The notes: a model not told the origin generated them from the sequence alone. 64,000 nucleotides of DNA from Candidatus Woesearchaeota archaeon (GCA_018302235.1 JAGVZW010000033.1:434-64433); one strand, 5' to 3'. Numbered from the stretch's first letter, positions 1 through 10,020 are shown. Numbers and translations are program-made.

Positions 1-345
1 TGAATAAGACCATACTGGCATGCTTGGTGCAGAAGGGACGCTTGGAGCTGGTGCTGACATTGCACATAAATCTGCAGTGAATCCATTCCAATAATCACAT
101 TCGTCATGTGTCCAACCTGTGCCTAATGCGTCACATTCGTCATGTGTTAATTGTTCACAAAAAACACTAGAAGAACACCCTGTTTCTCTTACATATCTAT
201 TCCATATATCACAGTCGTCATGTGTTATACCTAAACCTAATGCATCACATTCATTATGTGTGTACTGTTCACAAGGTAAAGCTGTTACTGTTACTATTCC
301 TGTTATTAATACTAATACAAACACAAACAATTTTTTTATACTCAT
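1..345 (-). CDS. Secreted cysteine-rich repeat protein, 5' partial. The start codon is at 345 and the ORF runs off the window start.
   Basis: The reverse strand reads GGAGGT, 8 nt, then ATG (complement of 343..345). It encodes MSIKKLFVFVLVLITGIVTVTA as a signal peptide, followed by repeated ..THD(E/D)CD..WN.. cysteine-rich modules. The frame stays open to position 1. It is absent from the ORF track because no stop lies inside the window. Confidence 0.45.
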   Translation of the reverse strand, partial: MSIKKLFVFVLVLITGIVTVTALPCEQYTHNECDALGLGITHDDCDIWNRYVRETGCSSSVFCEQLTHDECDALGTGWTHDECDYWNGFTADLCAMSAPAPSVPSAPSMPVWSYS

Positions 346-463
346 TTTTTAAACCTCCTTTAAATTTTTCGGCGATTCGTTAAAAGAATAATATATTTTA
401 CGGCATGTACATTATAGAACAATAATTAGATTTATATTATTTATATTTTCAATAAAAATAAAA

Positions 464-2101
464 ATGGATTCACTTAAAAGTAAGTATATAGTTTTTTGGT
501 TGACAAGTATATTAATAATTCTTATACTACTTAATATAACCTTAAACAAAAGAATTGGTTTTATTGATATAAACGCAGGATCTGGACTATTAAATGAATT
601 ACATTTTTATTGGATAATTTGTTATCTAATGATTATTATAATTACAATATATTTTATATTTAAATCTCGAAATAAATTAATATTTATAATAAATATAATA
701 ATACTTACTTTAGTCTTATTTGGAACCCCTATTTTAATAGAAGAATTACCAAGAGATCATGACAGCTATTGGCATATGAGCAATACTATAACTGTTGTAG
801 AAGAAAAAACAATAGATATAGACTTAGAAGCATCATCTAATAGATTATTAACTTATAATAAAAATTTTAATAAAGACTATTTAACAAAAAATTCTGGTGG
901 ACCTTTAATATATGCAACCCTTTACTTACTATCTGGTATAGAAATAGACAAGTTTATTAGATATGTACCGCTAATACTTGTACTTCTCATAAATATTACA
1001 TTATATATTTTTTTCAAAACATTATTCAATGAACAAAATGCTCAAATAGCTACAATTATCGCTATTCTATCAAATATCTACATACATTTTCATTTTGCAC
1101 CTGCAACACTAGGTATTTTTTTTATACTTTTAATATTTTGGAGTATTAATAAGGAAATAAGAAAAAATTTAATAATTATTATAATAGTTGGGTCTGCTAT
1201 TTTACTTATAAATATTCCAAGCTATATAATAATAATTTTAACAAGTCTATTTTTATTTTTAATTGGTGTTATAAAAAAGGAAAAACCTAAAATAGATGTA
1301 ATATGTATTTTAATTTTGACATTATTAGGAATATTATATTTATCACATAATAATTATTTCTCTAATTTGGTTTTAAAAGGTATAATAGAAAAAATTTTAC
1401 AAAAAGGTATTCAGGAAGCAAATTTTGGATTAATAACAATTAATAGATATATCAGAATATGTATTTTATCTATTATGGTTTTTATTTCACTATATGTTAT
1501 TTATAAGATTTTGAAAGAAAAAAAGAAACTAAATATAATTTTAAGTTTGTTTTTAACAAGTTTTATAATATTTATATTTACTGTGTTTATTTCAGGAAAT
1601 TTTAATTTAGATGATAGGGCTTATCTTGTGTTTATATGGGGCTTTACAATTGGAAGTCTTGCACTGTATAATATGAATAAAAGAAAATTATTTTTAACTT
1701 TAATTATATTTTTAGCTGTAATTAATGGATTAACTTTGTATGCAAATGAAAATCTATATCTTGTGAATAAATCTGTAACAGATAGTTGGAATTTTTTAGT
1801 AGATAATACTGAAGAAACAGATAAAATTTTAGCGTCATTGGATTATTACCCAACCTTTCTATATAAAAGAGATCGACCAAGACAAACAGAATTTCAATTT
1901 ACAGAGATAGACAATGATTTTCTTATAAACAAAAAATATAGAAACTATAATTATTTTAATTTTAATTCTAAAATACAATATGTGCAAAAATCAAAAAATT
2001 TAGAAGAAAATTATTTAGAATTAATGTCTATTATAAGTGAAAACAATAATAAGATTTACACTAATAAAGATTCAGAAATATATCAGCTTATAGCGTCATA
2101 A
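464..2101 (+). CDS. Polytopic integral membrane protein, possibly a membrane glycosyl/mannosyltransferase-like protein.
   Basis: 545 aa with roughly 12 or more hydrophobic segments and a long C-terminal soluble tail. It sits convergent and overlapping with a GT4 glycosyltransferase gene. No diagnostic motif was recognised. Confidence 0.35.
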   Translation: MDSLKSKYIVFWLTSILIILILLNITLNKRIGFIDINAGSGLLNELHFYWIICYLMIIIITIYFIFKSRNKLIFIINIIILTLVLFGTPILIEELPRDHDSYWHMSNTITVVEEKTIDIDLEASSNRLLTYNKNFNKDYLTKNSGGPLIYATLYLLSGIEIDKFIRYVPLILVLLINITLYIFFKTLFNEQNAQIATIIAILSNIYIHFHFAPATLGIFFILLIFWSINKEIRKNLIIIIIVGSAILLINIPSYIIIILTSLFLFLIGVIKKEKPKIDVICILILTLLGILYLSHNNYFSNLVLKGIIEKILQKGIQEANFGLITINRYIRICILSIMVFISLYVIYKILKEKKKLNIILSLFLTSFIIFIFTVFISGNFNLDDRAYLVFIWGFTIGSLALYNMNKRKLFLTLIIFLAVINGLTLYANENLYLVNKSVTDSWNFLVDNTEETDKILASLDYYPTFLYKRDRPRQTEFQFTEIDNDFLINKKYRNYNYFNFNSKIQYVQKSKNLEENYLELMSIISENNNKIYTNKDSEIYQLIAS

Positions 2102-3219
2102 TATTTTTTTAAATATGCTTCTTTAGAAAAATATTTTTTATAAATTTCTATACATTCTTTTTTTCTTATTTTTTCAATTTTTTTTAGATCTCTAAAAAAA
2201 TTATTTTTTGTAAAATATGGTTTATCTTTGAATTTTTCTATAATTTCAGGAATCCCACCATAATTGCTGCCAAAAACAGGTACACCATAACTCAATGATT
2301 CTAGGGCAACTAAAGGCATATTTTCAGGCCATTTTGAGGGCAGAAGTAATGCCTTAGCATTTTTTAATACGGAATATTTTTTTTTACCCTCTATCCAGCC
2401 AATGAAAAAAATATTTTTATCTAGCTTTTTTTTAATTTTGTTTTCTAAGGTTCCACTCCCAGCTATAATTAATTTTTTATTTGTTTCCTTAAATAAATCA
2501 ATTAAATCTAATATACCTTTATGATGTTCTAATGCACCCATGAATAAATAATAATTTTTAAATTTACTATGGTTGGTTTTTTTAGGATTTGAAACAAAAT
2601 TTAAAATTGTTTTTACTTTAAAATTTTTTAATCTTTTAGCCATAAATTCAGATGGGGCAATAACGAGATCTAAATCATCCAAAGCTATTTTAAATCTATT
2701 GAAATGTCTAAAAAATTGATATGGTTTTTTATGTTTAAAACAGCAGAAAAAACAATTTTTATCTAATTTACATTCCTTAAATTCCCTTAATAAATCATAT
2801 TTAGGACAAATAAGCCAATAGTCATGGGCTGTATAGATATTTTTATAATTACCTATTTTTTTTAATATATTCCATCCCAATAAAGATATATTATGGTGGT
2901 GGACAATATCTGGTTTTATTTCTTTCACTAATCTTCCAAATTCTATTAATATTTTTTTTGAACTTCCAAATGTATAATTTCTAAAACATTGATATCTAAA
3001 AAATTTTGTTTTGATCCTATGTACAATTACTTTATTATCTTTTATATTTTTATTAGAATAATCCTTTTTTTTAAATCTATATGAGTCAACTAAAGTGAAA
3101 ACATGTATTTCATGTCCCTCTTTAATTAAAGCATCCGCAAGATATTTAACATGTAAGGCATCTCCACCTAAATGAAATGGTGGATAAAAGGTGCTTGTAA
3201 ATAATATTTTCATTATCAA
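2083..3219 (-). CDS. Glycosyltransferase family 4 (GT-B fold).
   Basis: N-terminal GGDALHVKYLADALIKEGHEIHVFT and C-terminal E..P.ALESLSYGVPV.G..YGGIPEII are typical GT4 motifs. Confidence 0.8.
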   Translation of the reverse strand: MIMKILFTSTFYPPFHLGGDALHVKYLADALIKEGHEIHVFTLVDSYRFKKKDYSNKNIKDNKVIVHRIKTKFFRYQCFRNYTFGSSKKILIEFGRLVKEIKPDIVHHHNISLLGWNILKKIGNYKNIYTAHDYWLICPKYDLLREFKECKLDKNCFFCCFKHKKPYQFFRHFNRFKIALDDLDLVIAPSEFMAKRLKNFKVKTILNFVSNPKKTNHSKFKNYYLFMGALEHHKGILDLIDLFKETNKKLIIAGSGTLENKIKKKLDKNIFFIGWIEGKKKYSVLKNAKALLLPSKWPENMPLVALESLSYGVPVFGSNYGGIPEIIEKFKDKPYFTKNNFFRDLKKIEKIRKKECIEIYKKYFSKEAYLKKYYDAIS

Positions 3220-3450
3220 AGTTAATTACAAAATATTTAAAAAACTAATTATTAATTATAAATCAACTTTAAATACTATATTCACTATAATTTAAAGAAT
3301 GTATGAAATCCCTCAAATACTTGAATCGAAAGAAAATGTAATTTTATAATGGAAAACCCGAATATGTTCCCTATATGATTTATATAACGGATTCTCCCCC
3401 TTTAAAATGAGATGAAAAATTGTTTTTATTACAATTTATTTTAAATTTTA

Positions 3451-4263
3451 TTAAAATAATTGTATTAAACCTAAGGAAATAAAACATGCTACTGATAAAA
3501 ATGGCATTGCTGGATAAAATTTCTTTTTTTCTCCAAAAATAAATAAAAGTAATAAAGCTATACTTGTAATTAAAGAAGTAATAATTGCACTAAATATACC
3601 ATATTTTAATAAAATTACACCAGAGAAAAGCAAAGTAAAACCTATATCCCCTCCACCTAAAATTGCCTCTTTAGTAAACACTTTTTTATCCTCTTTTTTC
3701 TTTTTTCCATAGGGGATTAATAGACCTGTAAATATCTTAGCTTTATTCTGAAATTTAGCTAATTCTATCATATGTTTTGTTTTCCACACAGATATCATAT
3801 CGTATATTGATATTAAAATTAATAGCAAAGAAATAGAAAAAATATTAAAGATAGGAACAAAAAGTGCTGCTAAACCCCCATATAAAAATAGTTCTGTAAA
3901 ATTATGTATCAAGAAATTTGGCTTGGTTAATCTCCATAACGAAAGCAATACTGCCACAATCAAAGAAAGATACTGACTAAAGAATGAACTAAAACTTATA
4001 GTAAGACAAAATGTAAGACTTAAAAAAAACCAAATTTTCCAAATGAATATTGTTCTAAATTTTATCATAATTAATGCAATAATTGATGCAACTAATATGG
4101 CTATAAAGACAGGTAAATATGCAATATCTTGGGTTATCTCCATTCTTTGTATATTGAATGGTAAAACCCTTGTATTATATTCATTAATAATAGTTAAACC
4201 TATAAAATGTGTACCTATAAATAATAAAACTAAAACTAATATTACATAAAATTCATGCTTCAT
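3451..4263 (-). CDS. Presenilin/signal-peptide-peptidase homolog (A22 family intramembrane aspartyl protease).
   Basis: Multi-TM protein carrying the three A22 signature motifs in order: ISIYDMISVW (YD), LGGGDIGF (GxGD) and PAMPFLS (PAL-like). Confidence 0.65.
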   Translation of the reverse strand: MKHEFYVILVLVLLFIGTHFIGLTIINEYNTRVLPFNIQRMEITQDIAYLPVFIAILVASIIALIMIKFRTIFIWKIWFFLSLTFCLTISFSSFFSQYLSLIVAVLLSLWRLTKPNFLIHNFTELFLYGGLAALFVPIFNIFSISLLLILISIYDMISVWKTKHMIELAKFQNKAKIFTGLLIPYGKKKKEDKKVFTKEAILGGGDIGFTLLFSGVILLKYGIFSAIITSLITSIALLLLFIFGEKKKFYPAMPFLSVACFISLGLIQLF

Positions 4264-4447
4264 ATAAGATATATTTTTAAAAACTTTATATAAATGTTTA
4301 TTTTAACTTTTTAATAATTAATAAAAAACTAGATAAAAAAAAATTAGAAGAATATCTTAAAGAATTTAAAGAAAAATTTTATAATGATAAAATATATATT
4401 ATAAAGTAATATAATTCTTATAAGGACACTATCATTAAAAATACAAA

Positions 4448-5098
4448 ATGTGGATCACTCTTTCTGGTATAGATGGAACAGGTAAGAATGCCTTAAAGGA
4501 TAGATTAGAAGTCTATTACGGTGAAAAAGGCTACTCCATCTTTAATTTTAAAGTTCCATATCATACATGGGTTAAAGAGATGATAAATTTATCTGGTGGT
4601 GGAAGAAGTCATGGTGATCCTTTAACAGATGAATTAATATTTGCCGCCTCCCACAGAATAGAAAGCCCCATGATCACTACCTGGAAAAAAAAATATGATA
4701 TCTTAATCTCTAAAAGATTCTGGTTAGACCAATTTCCATACGCTGAAGTTAAGGGTCTAAAATGGGAAGAAATAAGAGAGATAACTAAAACATATGAACT
4801 AGAAAAACCTGATTTAATGTTTTTTTTAGACTGTGATGCTGAATGCGCCTTAGAAAGAAAAAATGTTTATCCACATAAGTATAAATATATAGAATTTATT
4901 CGACCATTAAGAATAAATTTTTTGAGAGTAATGGATCTTTTAAAAGACAAAAAACTTCCTGAATTAGATAACATACCATATTTTTTAATAGACGCTCACA
5001 AAAGTTTGGAAAGAGTTTATGAGGAAATAAGAGATATTATTGACTCATATATTATAGAACATAACCTCCAACCTAAAATAATAAAAGAAGAAAAATAA
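4448..5098 (+). CDS. P-loop nucleotide/nucleoside kinase, thymidylate-kinase-like.
   Basis: N-terminal ITLSGIDGTGKNAL resembles the Tmk P-loop (ITxEGxDGxGKxT). 216 aa. Confidence 0.4.
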   Translation: MWITLSGIDGTGKNALKDRLEVYYGEKGYSIFNFKVPYHTWVKEMINLSGGGRSHGDPLTDELIFAASHRIESPMITTWKKKYDILISKRFWLDQFPYAEVKGLKWEEIREITKTYELEKPDLMFFLDCDAECALERKNVYPHKYKYIEFIRPLRINFLRVMDLLKDKKLPELDNIPYFLIDAHKSLERVYEEIRDIIDSYIIEHNLQPKIIKEEK

Positions 5099-5101
5099 AT
5101 T

Positions 5102-5455
5102 TTAATCCCTTGATATTGTGTATAGCGCCTTTATCGCTACAATCGCTGCACCAGGAGCAATAAATACACTCATCAACTGGAAGAATGCACTAACTGCCTG
5201 CCAGCCAAGCAATAATGTTTCTACTACTGTAGCTAATGATTGAAAGCTTATCAAAAATGCTATTGAAGCAACCAAATACAACTTAATCTCAGCATCTGTT
5301 ATATTCAAAAACCCTACTATTGCCCCCAATATCGCCAACAACAATACACTCCATGTTGGTGTATCTGCAGCCTTCACTACAGATATTAAAAACGCAATTA
5401 CTAAACCTACAATAAAAGACCATATTCCTATTTTACTTTTTAGGTTCTTAGACAT
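5102..5455 (-). CDS. Small membrane protein (3 predicted TM segments), hypothetical.
   Basis: 117 aa, hydrophobic throughout. Confidence 0.35.
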   Translation of the reverse strand: MSKNLKSKIGIWSFIVGLVIAFLISVVKAADTPTWSVLLLAILGAIVGFLNITDAEIKLYLVASIAFLISFQSLATVVETLLLGWQAVSAFFQLMSVFIAPGAAIVAIKALYTISRD

Positions 5456-5818
5456 TTTCTAACCTCCATTATTTATATTGATATTATAAATAACAAATAC
5501 ATTTTAAATACTTTGGTTATTTTAAGTTAGTTATAAATCCAAAATTGTGGAGTCCTTAATTTATTTCTCACCTTAAATGATTTGCCTATTTATGGTAAAA
5601 TTAAACAAAAGAGGTTTGGACTCCCCTTTCTCATAATCTCATTTATAGCCTATTCTTTAAAAATACACCGAAATACCACTCTAGTGCAACCTCTAAATAA
5701 GCAAAGTAACATAGAACTCTCTTCTATTGTGTCCAGGACATTTTAATTATTATAGACCAAAAATATATGTTTTTTACGAAACACACATTCCAATTAAGGG
5801 AAGGATTGGGAGACATAA

Positions 5819-5933
5819 AAAAGTAGATGGAGGAAAAAAGCTGTAGAATTCTTTAGAAAGAAAACATATAATCGAAGATCGATAGTTGAAGCAAGTATTG
5901 GAAGTTTAAAAAGAAAATTCTGATCTAGTGTGA
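5819..5933 (+). pseudogene. Relic of a DDE transposase C-terminus (IS4/IS5-superfamily-like).
   Basis: A short open frame encodes KSRWRKKAVEFFRKKTYNRRSIVEASIGSLKRKF*. The Y-x2-R-x3-E-x6-LK pattern matches the C-terminal catalytic-E region of IS4/IS5-type transposases. In-frame stops lie immediately upstream, inside a 470-bp non-coding stretch. Confidence 0.3.
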
Positions 5934-6058
5934 ACTTTAAATCTGTTACAACAATTAAGTCAGAGATTATGGGAGAATCCTCACCCATAACTTATTGGGC
6001 AGATTTGGAACAGATTATAAACAACAAATTTATAAATAAATGTGGTTCTTCAGTAATT

Positions 6059-7123
6059 ATGGAAAAAAAATTTATATTTAATATATCTAAAAAAGATAAT
6101 TTTTCCGAATGGTATACGAATATAATTCAAAAAGCAGAATTAGCTGATCTAAGATATAATGTAAAGGGATTTATTGTATTTCAACCGTGGAGTGTTCTTT
6201 CTATGGAAAAGATGTTTAAATACTTAGAAAATGAGTTACAAAAAAAGAACCATAAACCATATTTTTTTCCTACACTAATACCTGAAAAAAATTTTAATTT
6301 AGAATCATCCCATATCAAAGGGTTTACTCCAGAGGTATTTTGGGTAACCAGCCACGGTACAAATGAACCAATTGAAGAAAAATTAGCCTTAAGACCAACA
6401 TCAGAGACTGCAATTTATCAAATGTTTTCCCTATGGATAAGAAGCCATAATGATTTGCCATATAAAATATATCAAAGAGCAAATGTATTTAGGTACGAAT
6501 CTAAAGCTACAAGGCCATTTTTAAGATCAAGAGAATTTCATTGGATAGAAGCACATTGTGCACACGAATCAGAAGAAAAGGCAATGGAGCAGGTTTACGA
6601 AGATATGGAAACAACAAAAAAGGTTTTGCATGATATCTATTGTTTACCATTTATGTTTTTTGAAAGACCAGTTTGGGATAAATTTCCTGGGGCAAAAAGA
6701 ACATTTGCTGCAGATGTTTTAAATCCTGATGGTAGGGTAGTTCAACAACCATCAACACACCTATTAAAACCTGAATTTTCAAAAGCATTTAATGTTCAAT
6801 TTAAAGATAAAGATGGCAAAGATAAATTTGTGTGGCTAACCTGTTACGGCCCAGCAGTTTCAAGAATTTTTGCAAGTATTATTTCAGTGCATGGTGATGA
6901 TAAAGGCTTGCGTTTTCCTTGGAAGATTGCGCCATTACAAGTAATAATTGTTTTAATAGAGCAAAATGAACTTCTTTTAAAAGAAGCGAAAAAGATAAAA
7001 GAAGAATTAGATAAGAAAGAAATTTCAGCTGAAATCGACAATAGTGAAAAAAGGCCAGGTGAAAAGTTTTATTTTTGGGAGATGAAAGGGGTGCCTTTAA
7101 GAGTCGAATCATTTATTCGATAA
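6059..7123 (+). CDS. proS: Prolyl-tRNA synthetase, archaeal/eukaryotic type. The frame is interrupted near the 3' end.
   Basis: FSEWYTNIIQKAELADLRYNVKGFIVFQPW and class II core motifs are present. The likely start is the internal Met at 6059 (ORF track starts at 5930). The frame stops at VESFIR*, while the expected C-terminal domain continues in the +1 frame (next feature). Confidence 0.8.
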   Translation: MEKKFIFNISKKDNFSEWYTNIIQKAELADLRYNVKGFIVFQPWSVLSMEKMFKYLENELQKKNHKPYFFPTLIPEKNFNLESSHIKGFTPEVFWVTSHGTNEPIEEKLALRPTSETAIYQMFSLWIRSHNDLPYKIYQRANVFRYESKATRPFLRSREFHWIEAHCAHESEEKAMEQVYEDMETTKKVLHDIYCLPFMFFERPVWDKFPGAKRTFAADVLNPDGRVVQQPSTHLLKPEFSKAFNVQFKDKDGKDKFVWLTCYGPAVSRIFASIISVHGDDKGLRFPWKIAPLQVIIVLIEQNELLLKEAKKIKEELDKKEISAEIDNSEKRPGEKFYFWEMKGVPLRVESFIR

Positions 7124-7370
7124 TAGTATTCTTGAGGCTAAGAATCAAACAGAGTTAAAAAAAGTTATAGATTCAGGAAAAATTGCTAGATGTGGTTTTT
7201 GTTCTGTTGAAATGAAAGGTGCAATTTGTGCAGAAAAGGTAGAGAAATATATTTTAGCTACAGTTAGAGGAACAAAATTAGAACAAGAGAATTTTTCAGA
7301 GAAAATAAGTAAATGTGTAATTTGTGGTGAGAGATCTAATCATATAGTTTACATTGCTAAAAGCTATTAA
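7101..7370 (+). CDS. proS: ProRS C-terminal zinc-binding domain segment, in a different frame from the upstream proS body.
   Basis: Open frame ESNHLFDNSILEAKNQTELKKVIDSGKIARCGFCSVEMKGAICAEKVEKYILATVRGTKLEQENFSEKISKCVICGERSNHIVYIAKSY*. The terminal Y and the Cys cluster match the archaeal ProRS C-terminal domain. Confidence 0.55.
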   Translation, partial: ESNHLFDNSILEAKNQTELKKVIDSGKIARCGFCSVEMKGAICAEKVEKYILATVRGTKLEQENFSEKISKCVICGERSNHIVYIAKSY

Positions 7371-7683
7371 ATAAACTGTTTTAAGGCTTTGATTAATAGA
7401 GGAATTTTTGTAGAAAGTCTCTATGAAAAAAATTAATTAAGAACCGAAGTATTTATTTTACAACAAAAAATGCAAATGTATACCAGACACTAATGGGATG
7501 GTAGATAAAGTTTGTATTCAATGATTTCTAGTCTTACTAATAATTATCTAACTATTCACAATGTATATTGTTATTATTCAAATAACGGAATTAAAAATGG
7601 TATATAAATCAAAACTTTGTAACCACTGTTAATGTAAGAAATGGAACAATAACAATACTTCCGCTAATAGAATTGGAACCAAT

Positions 7684-8475
7684 TTAATTTTTTATTTTTT
7701 TATAAATTGAATATGAAGCAATAGCTCCTTGACCAATAGCAACTGAGAATTGTTTAATTATACTTTTGCTGCATAAATCACCAACACAATAAATTCCTTT
7801 TATATTTGTAGAAAAATTATCATCAACTATAACTAAATTATTTTTATCAAGTTTAATCTTTAAATCTTTAATTAATATCTGTGAAGAAATTTTTTCTTCT
7901 AAAAAAACGCCATCTACTTTAATTTCTTTATTATCTTCTAAAATAATCTTATTTACAACAGTATCTCCTTTTATTTCTTTTATGTTTTTTAAAGAATAAA
8001 CCCTTGAAGCATACTTTTTAAGCAAATTTATATCATTCTTTCCTATAACTGCAACATTTAAATTTCTATATAATGGAGCATCACAAGAAACACAGTAACT
8101 TACACCTTTTCCTATAAATTTTTCTTCGCCTGGTATCTTTTTTCTTATATTTAATCCAAATGCCAAGATAATATTTTTTGTTTCTATTCTATTACTTTCA
8201 TAATAAACCACAAAATAATTTTTTATCTTCTCTATTTTTGTAACATCTTCTTCTATAATCTTTATTTTAAAATAATTTATTTGTTCTTTGAATAACCCTA
8301 CTAAATCTTTGCCATTTATTGGTTTTAAACCCAAATAATTTTCAATTAGCTGAGCTTTATTTATTGCGCCCCCTATTTCTTTGCCTATTATTAAAAAATC
8401 TAATTTATATCTAACTGCATATATAGCAGCACTTAATCCGCCAGGTCCAGCACCTATTATTACTAAATCTCTCAT
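7684..8475 (-). CDS. trxB: Thioredoxin-reductase-like FAD/NAD(P)-dependent disulfide oxidoreductase.
   Basis: DLVIIGAGPGGLSAAIYA is an FAD dinucleotide-binding motif, and CVSCD is a redox-active CxxC. Start placed at the internal Met (ORF track extends to 8556). Confidence 0.6.
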   Translation of the reverse strand: MRDLVIIGAGPGGLSAAIYAVRYKLDFLIIGKEIGGAINKAQLIENYLGLKPINGKDLVGLFKEQINYFKIKIIEEDVTKIEKIKNYFVVYYESNRIETKNIILAFGLNIRKKIPGEEKFIGKGVSYCVSCDAPLYRNLNVAVIGKNDINLLKKYASRVYSLKNIKEIKGDTVVNKIILEDNKEIKVDGVFLEEKISSQILIKDLKIKLDKNNLVIVDDNFSTNIKGIYCVGDLCSKSIIKQFSVAIGQGAIASYSIYKKIKN

Positions 8476-8562
8476 TTTAAAAAATACAATTCTTTTATAT
8501 ATAAAATCATCTATAAATCTTATAATATAAACATTTATAATATTCTTTTTAATCAAAATAAT

Positions 8563-8733
8563 ATGAAAGTTGAAAACATTACCAAAAGTGTATTGGGTTT
8601 GGTATTAATCTTTTTTGGTCTTTGGCTTATTATTAGATGGTGGTCTTCATTTTTAGTTATAGTAAAGGGCTTTTTACCATTATTTTTAGGTCTAATTGGT
8701 TTAATCTTTATATTATTAGCCTTTGAAAAGTAA
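8563..8733 (+). CDS. Small 2-TM membrane protein, hypothetical (56 aa).
   Basis: ATG at 8563 and TAA at 8731..8733. Encodes MKVENITKSVLGLVLIFFGLWLIIRWWSSFLVIVKGFLPLFLGLIGLIFILLAFEK. Not in the ORF track because it is under 60 aa. Confidence 0.3.
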   Translation: MKVENITKSVLGLVLIFFGLWLIIRWWSSFLVIVKGFLPLFLGLIGLIFILLAFEK

Positions 8734-8764
8734 GTTTTTTAAACCTTTAATTTATAATTATTAT

Positions 8765-9307
8765 ATGATATTTACTCCTACAGAGATACTTTACATATTA
8801 ATTACAATAGTTGCTATTACATATATCTTTAGCTCCGTAATAAAATTACCCTGCAGAGAGTTCAATATCAAAAAAATTGACACAGAACAAATTAAATTTG
8901 CTTTTATTATTACTGCACCAGCAATTATCTTGCATGAAATGGGCCATAAATTTATAGCCATATTCATGGGTTTAGAGGCCCATTATGAGGTATGGTTTTT
9001 AGGATTAATCATAGGTTTAATTCTAAGATTTCTAAATTTTGGTTTTATATTTTTAGCCCCCGGATATGTTACCTTTTCTACATCTTCTAATCTAGAAATT
9101 ATTCTTATTGCCGGGGCTGGTCCATTTATAAACCTAATTTTGTGGTTAATTCCATATTTCATTATCAAACATAAAAAAAATTTAACAGAAAAAACCTCAT
9201 TATTATTAGTTTATACATCAGAGATTAATAAATGGTTGTTTATATTCAATATGATACCAATACCACCATTAGACGGATCTAAAATATTATGGCCTTTATT
9301 TTCTTGA
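8765..9307 (+). CDS. Site-2-protease-like membrane metalloprotease (peptidase M50 family, short form).
   Basis: HEMGH (HExxH) lies in a TM helix and LDGSKIL is the LDG motif typical of M50/S2P. An alternative upstream start is at 8723. Confidence 0.55.
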   Translation: MIFTPTEILYILITIVAITYIFSSVIKLPCREFNIKKIDTEQIKFAFIITAPAIILHEMGHKFIAIFMGLEAHYEVWFLGLIIGLILRFLNFGFIFLAPGYVTFSTSSNLEIILIAGAGPFINLILWLIPYFIIKHKKNLTEKTSLLLVYTSEINKWLFIFNMIPIPPLDGSKILWPLFS

Positions 9308-9892
9308 CTTTTTCTTCTTTTTAACTGTTTTTTTCTTCTTGAGATTTTTTTTAGTTTTTACAGGTATAGCTTTTATTTTTGCTTTTTCAAAATTATCTAA
9401 TAATTCCTGAATTTCTTTTTTTTCTTCATTTAATTTTTGCATTCTTTTAGAACTATCATCTGGATTAAATATACTTCCACATTCTGGACATACAAAAGCA
9501 TATTCCATCGCATCCTCTATTGTCATTCTTACACATTTATTTGGACAAGAGTAATATATAACAGTTTTTTCTTTCATAATTTGTTCATCAATTATTTTTA
9601 ATTGATGCAATTTTTTTCTTTTTATTAATTCATTTATTTGATCATGTCTAAATGTCCAATAATAAATGTACCATCCCTTTTTTCTATCTTTTTTTCTTGT
9701 AAATGAAACTAAATTTTGAGAATCAAATTTATAAAGTATATTTCTAATTTGATTAATATTTATTTTTAATTTTTCACTTAATAAGAATTCACTATAATTT
9801 TCCTTATTCTTTAACAATAAATATACACTTAATCCTTCTTTTCCTACTAATTCTATAATCGCTTCTTCAATATACTTATCCATAAGATTCAT
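9296..9892 (-). CDS. tfe: Transcription factor E (TFIIE-alpha homolog).
   Basis: An N-terminal winged-helix region is followed by the zinc ribbon CPNKC..x18..CPECG and a Lys-rich tail. 198 aa. Confidence 0.7.
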   Translation of the reverse strand: MNLMDKYIEEAIIELVGKEGLSVYLLLKNKENYSEFLLSEKLKININQIRNILYKFDSQNLVSFTRKKDRKKGWYIYYWTFRHDQINELIKRKKLHQLKIIDEQIMKEKTVIYYSCPNKCVRMTIEDAMEYAFVCPECGSIFNPDDSSKRMQKLNEEKKEIQELLDNFEKAKIKAIPVKTKKNLKKKKTVKKKKKSRK

Positions 9893-10020
9893 TTTAAGTA
9901 CTTCTTTCTACTTTCTTTTATTTAAAAAGATTTGGTTCCTAGTTTTCTATTAACTTTTAAGTGATAAGAAATATTTTTAAAAGGAAATATATATTCTTCT
10001 TCAAAAGGAGATGATTAATA

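Noticed and set aside
119-352. 77-aa plus-strand ORF at the window start.
   Set aside because: It is antisense to the better-supported minus-strand secreted Cys-rich gene (SD + ATG at 345). Its repeats simply mirror that gene's repeats.
5794-5988. 64-aa minus-strand ORF.
   Set aside because: It is antisense to the transposase relic and to the proS 5' region. No support.
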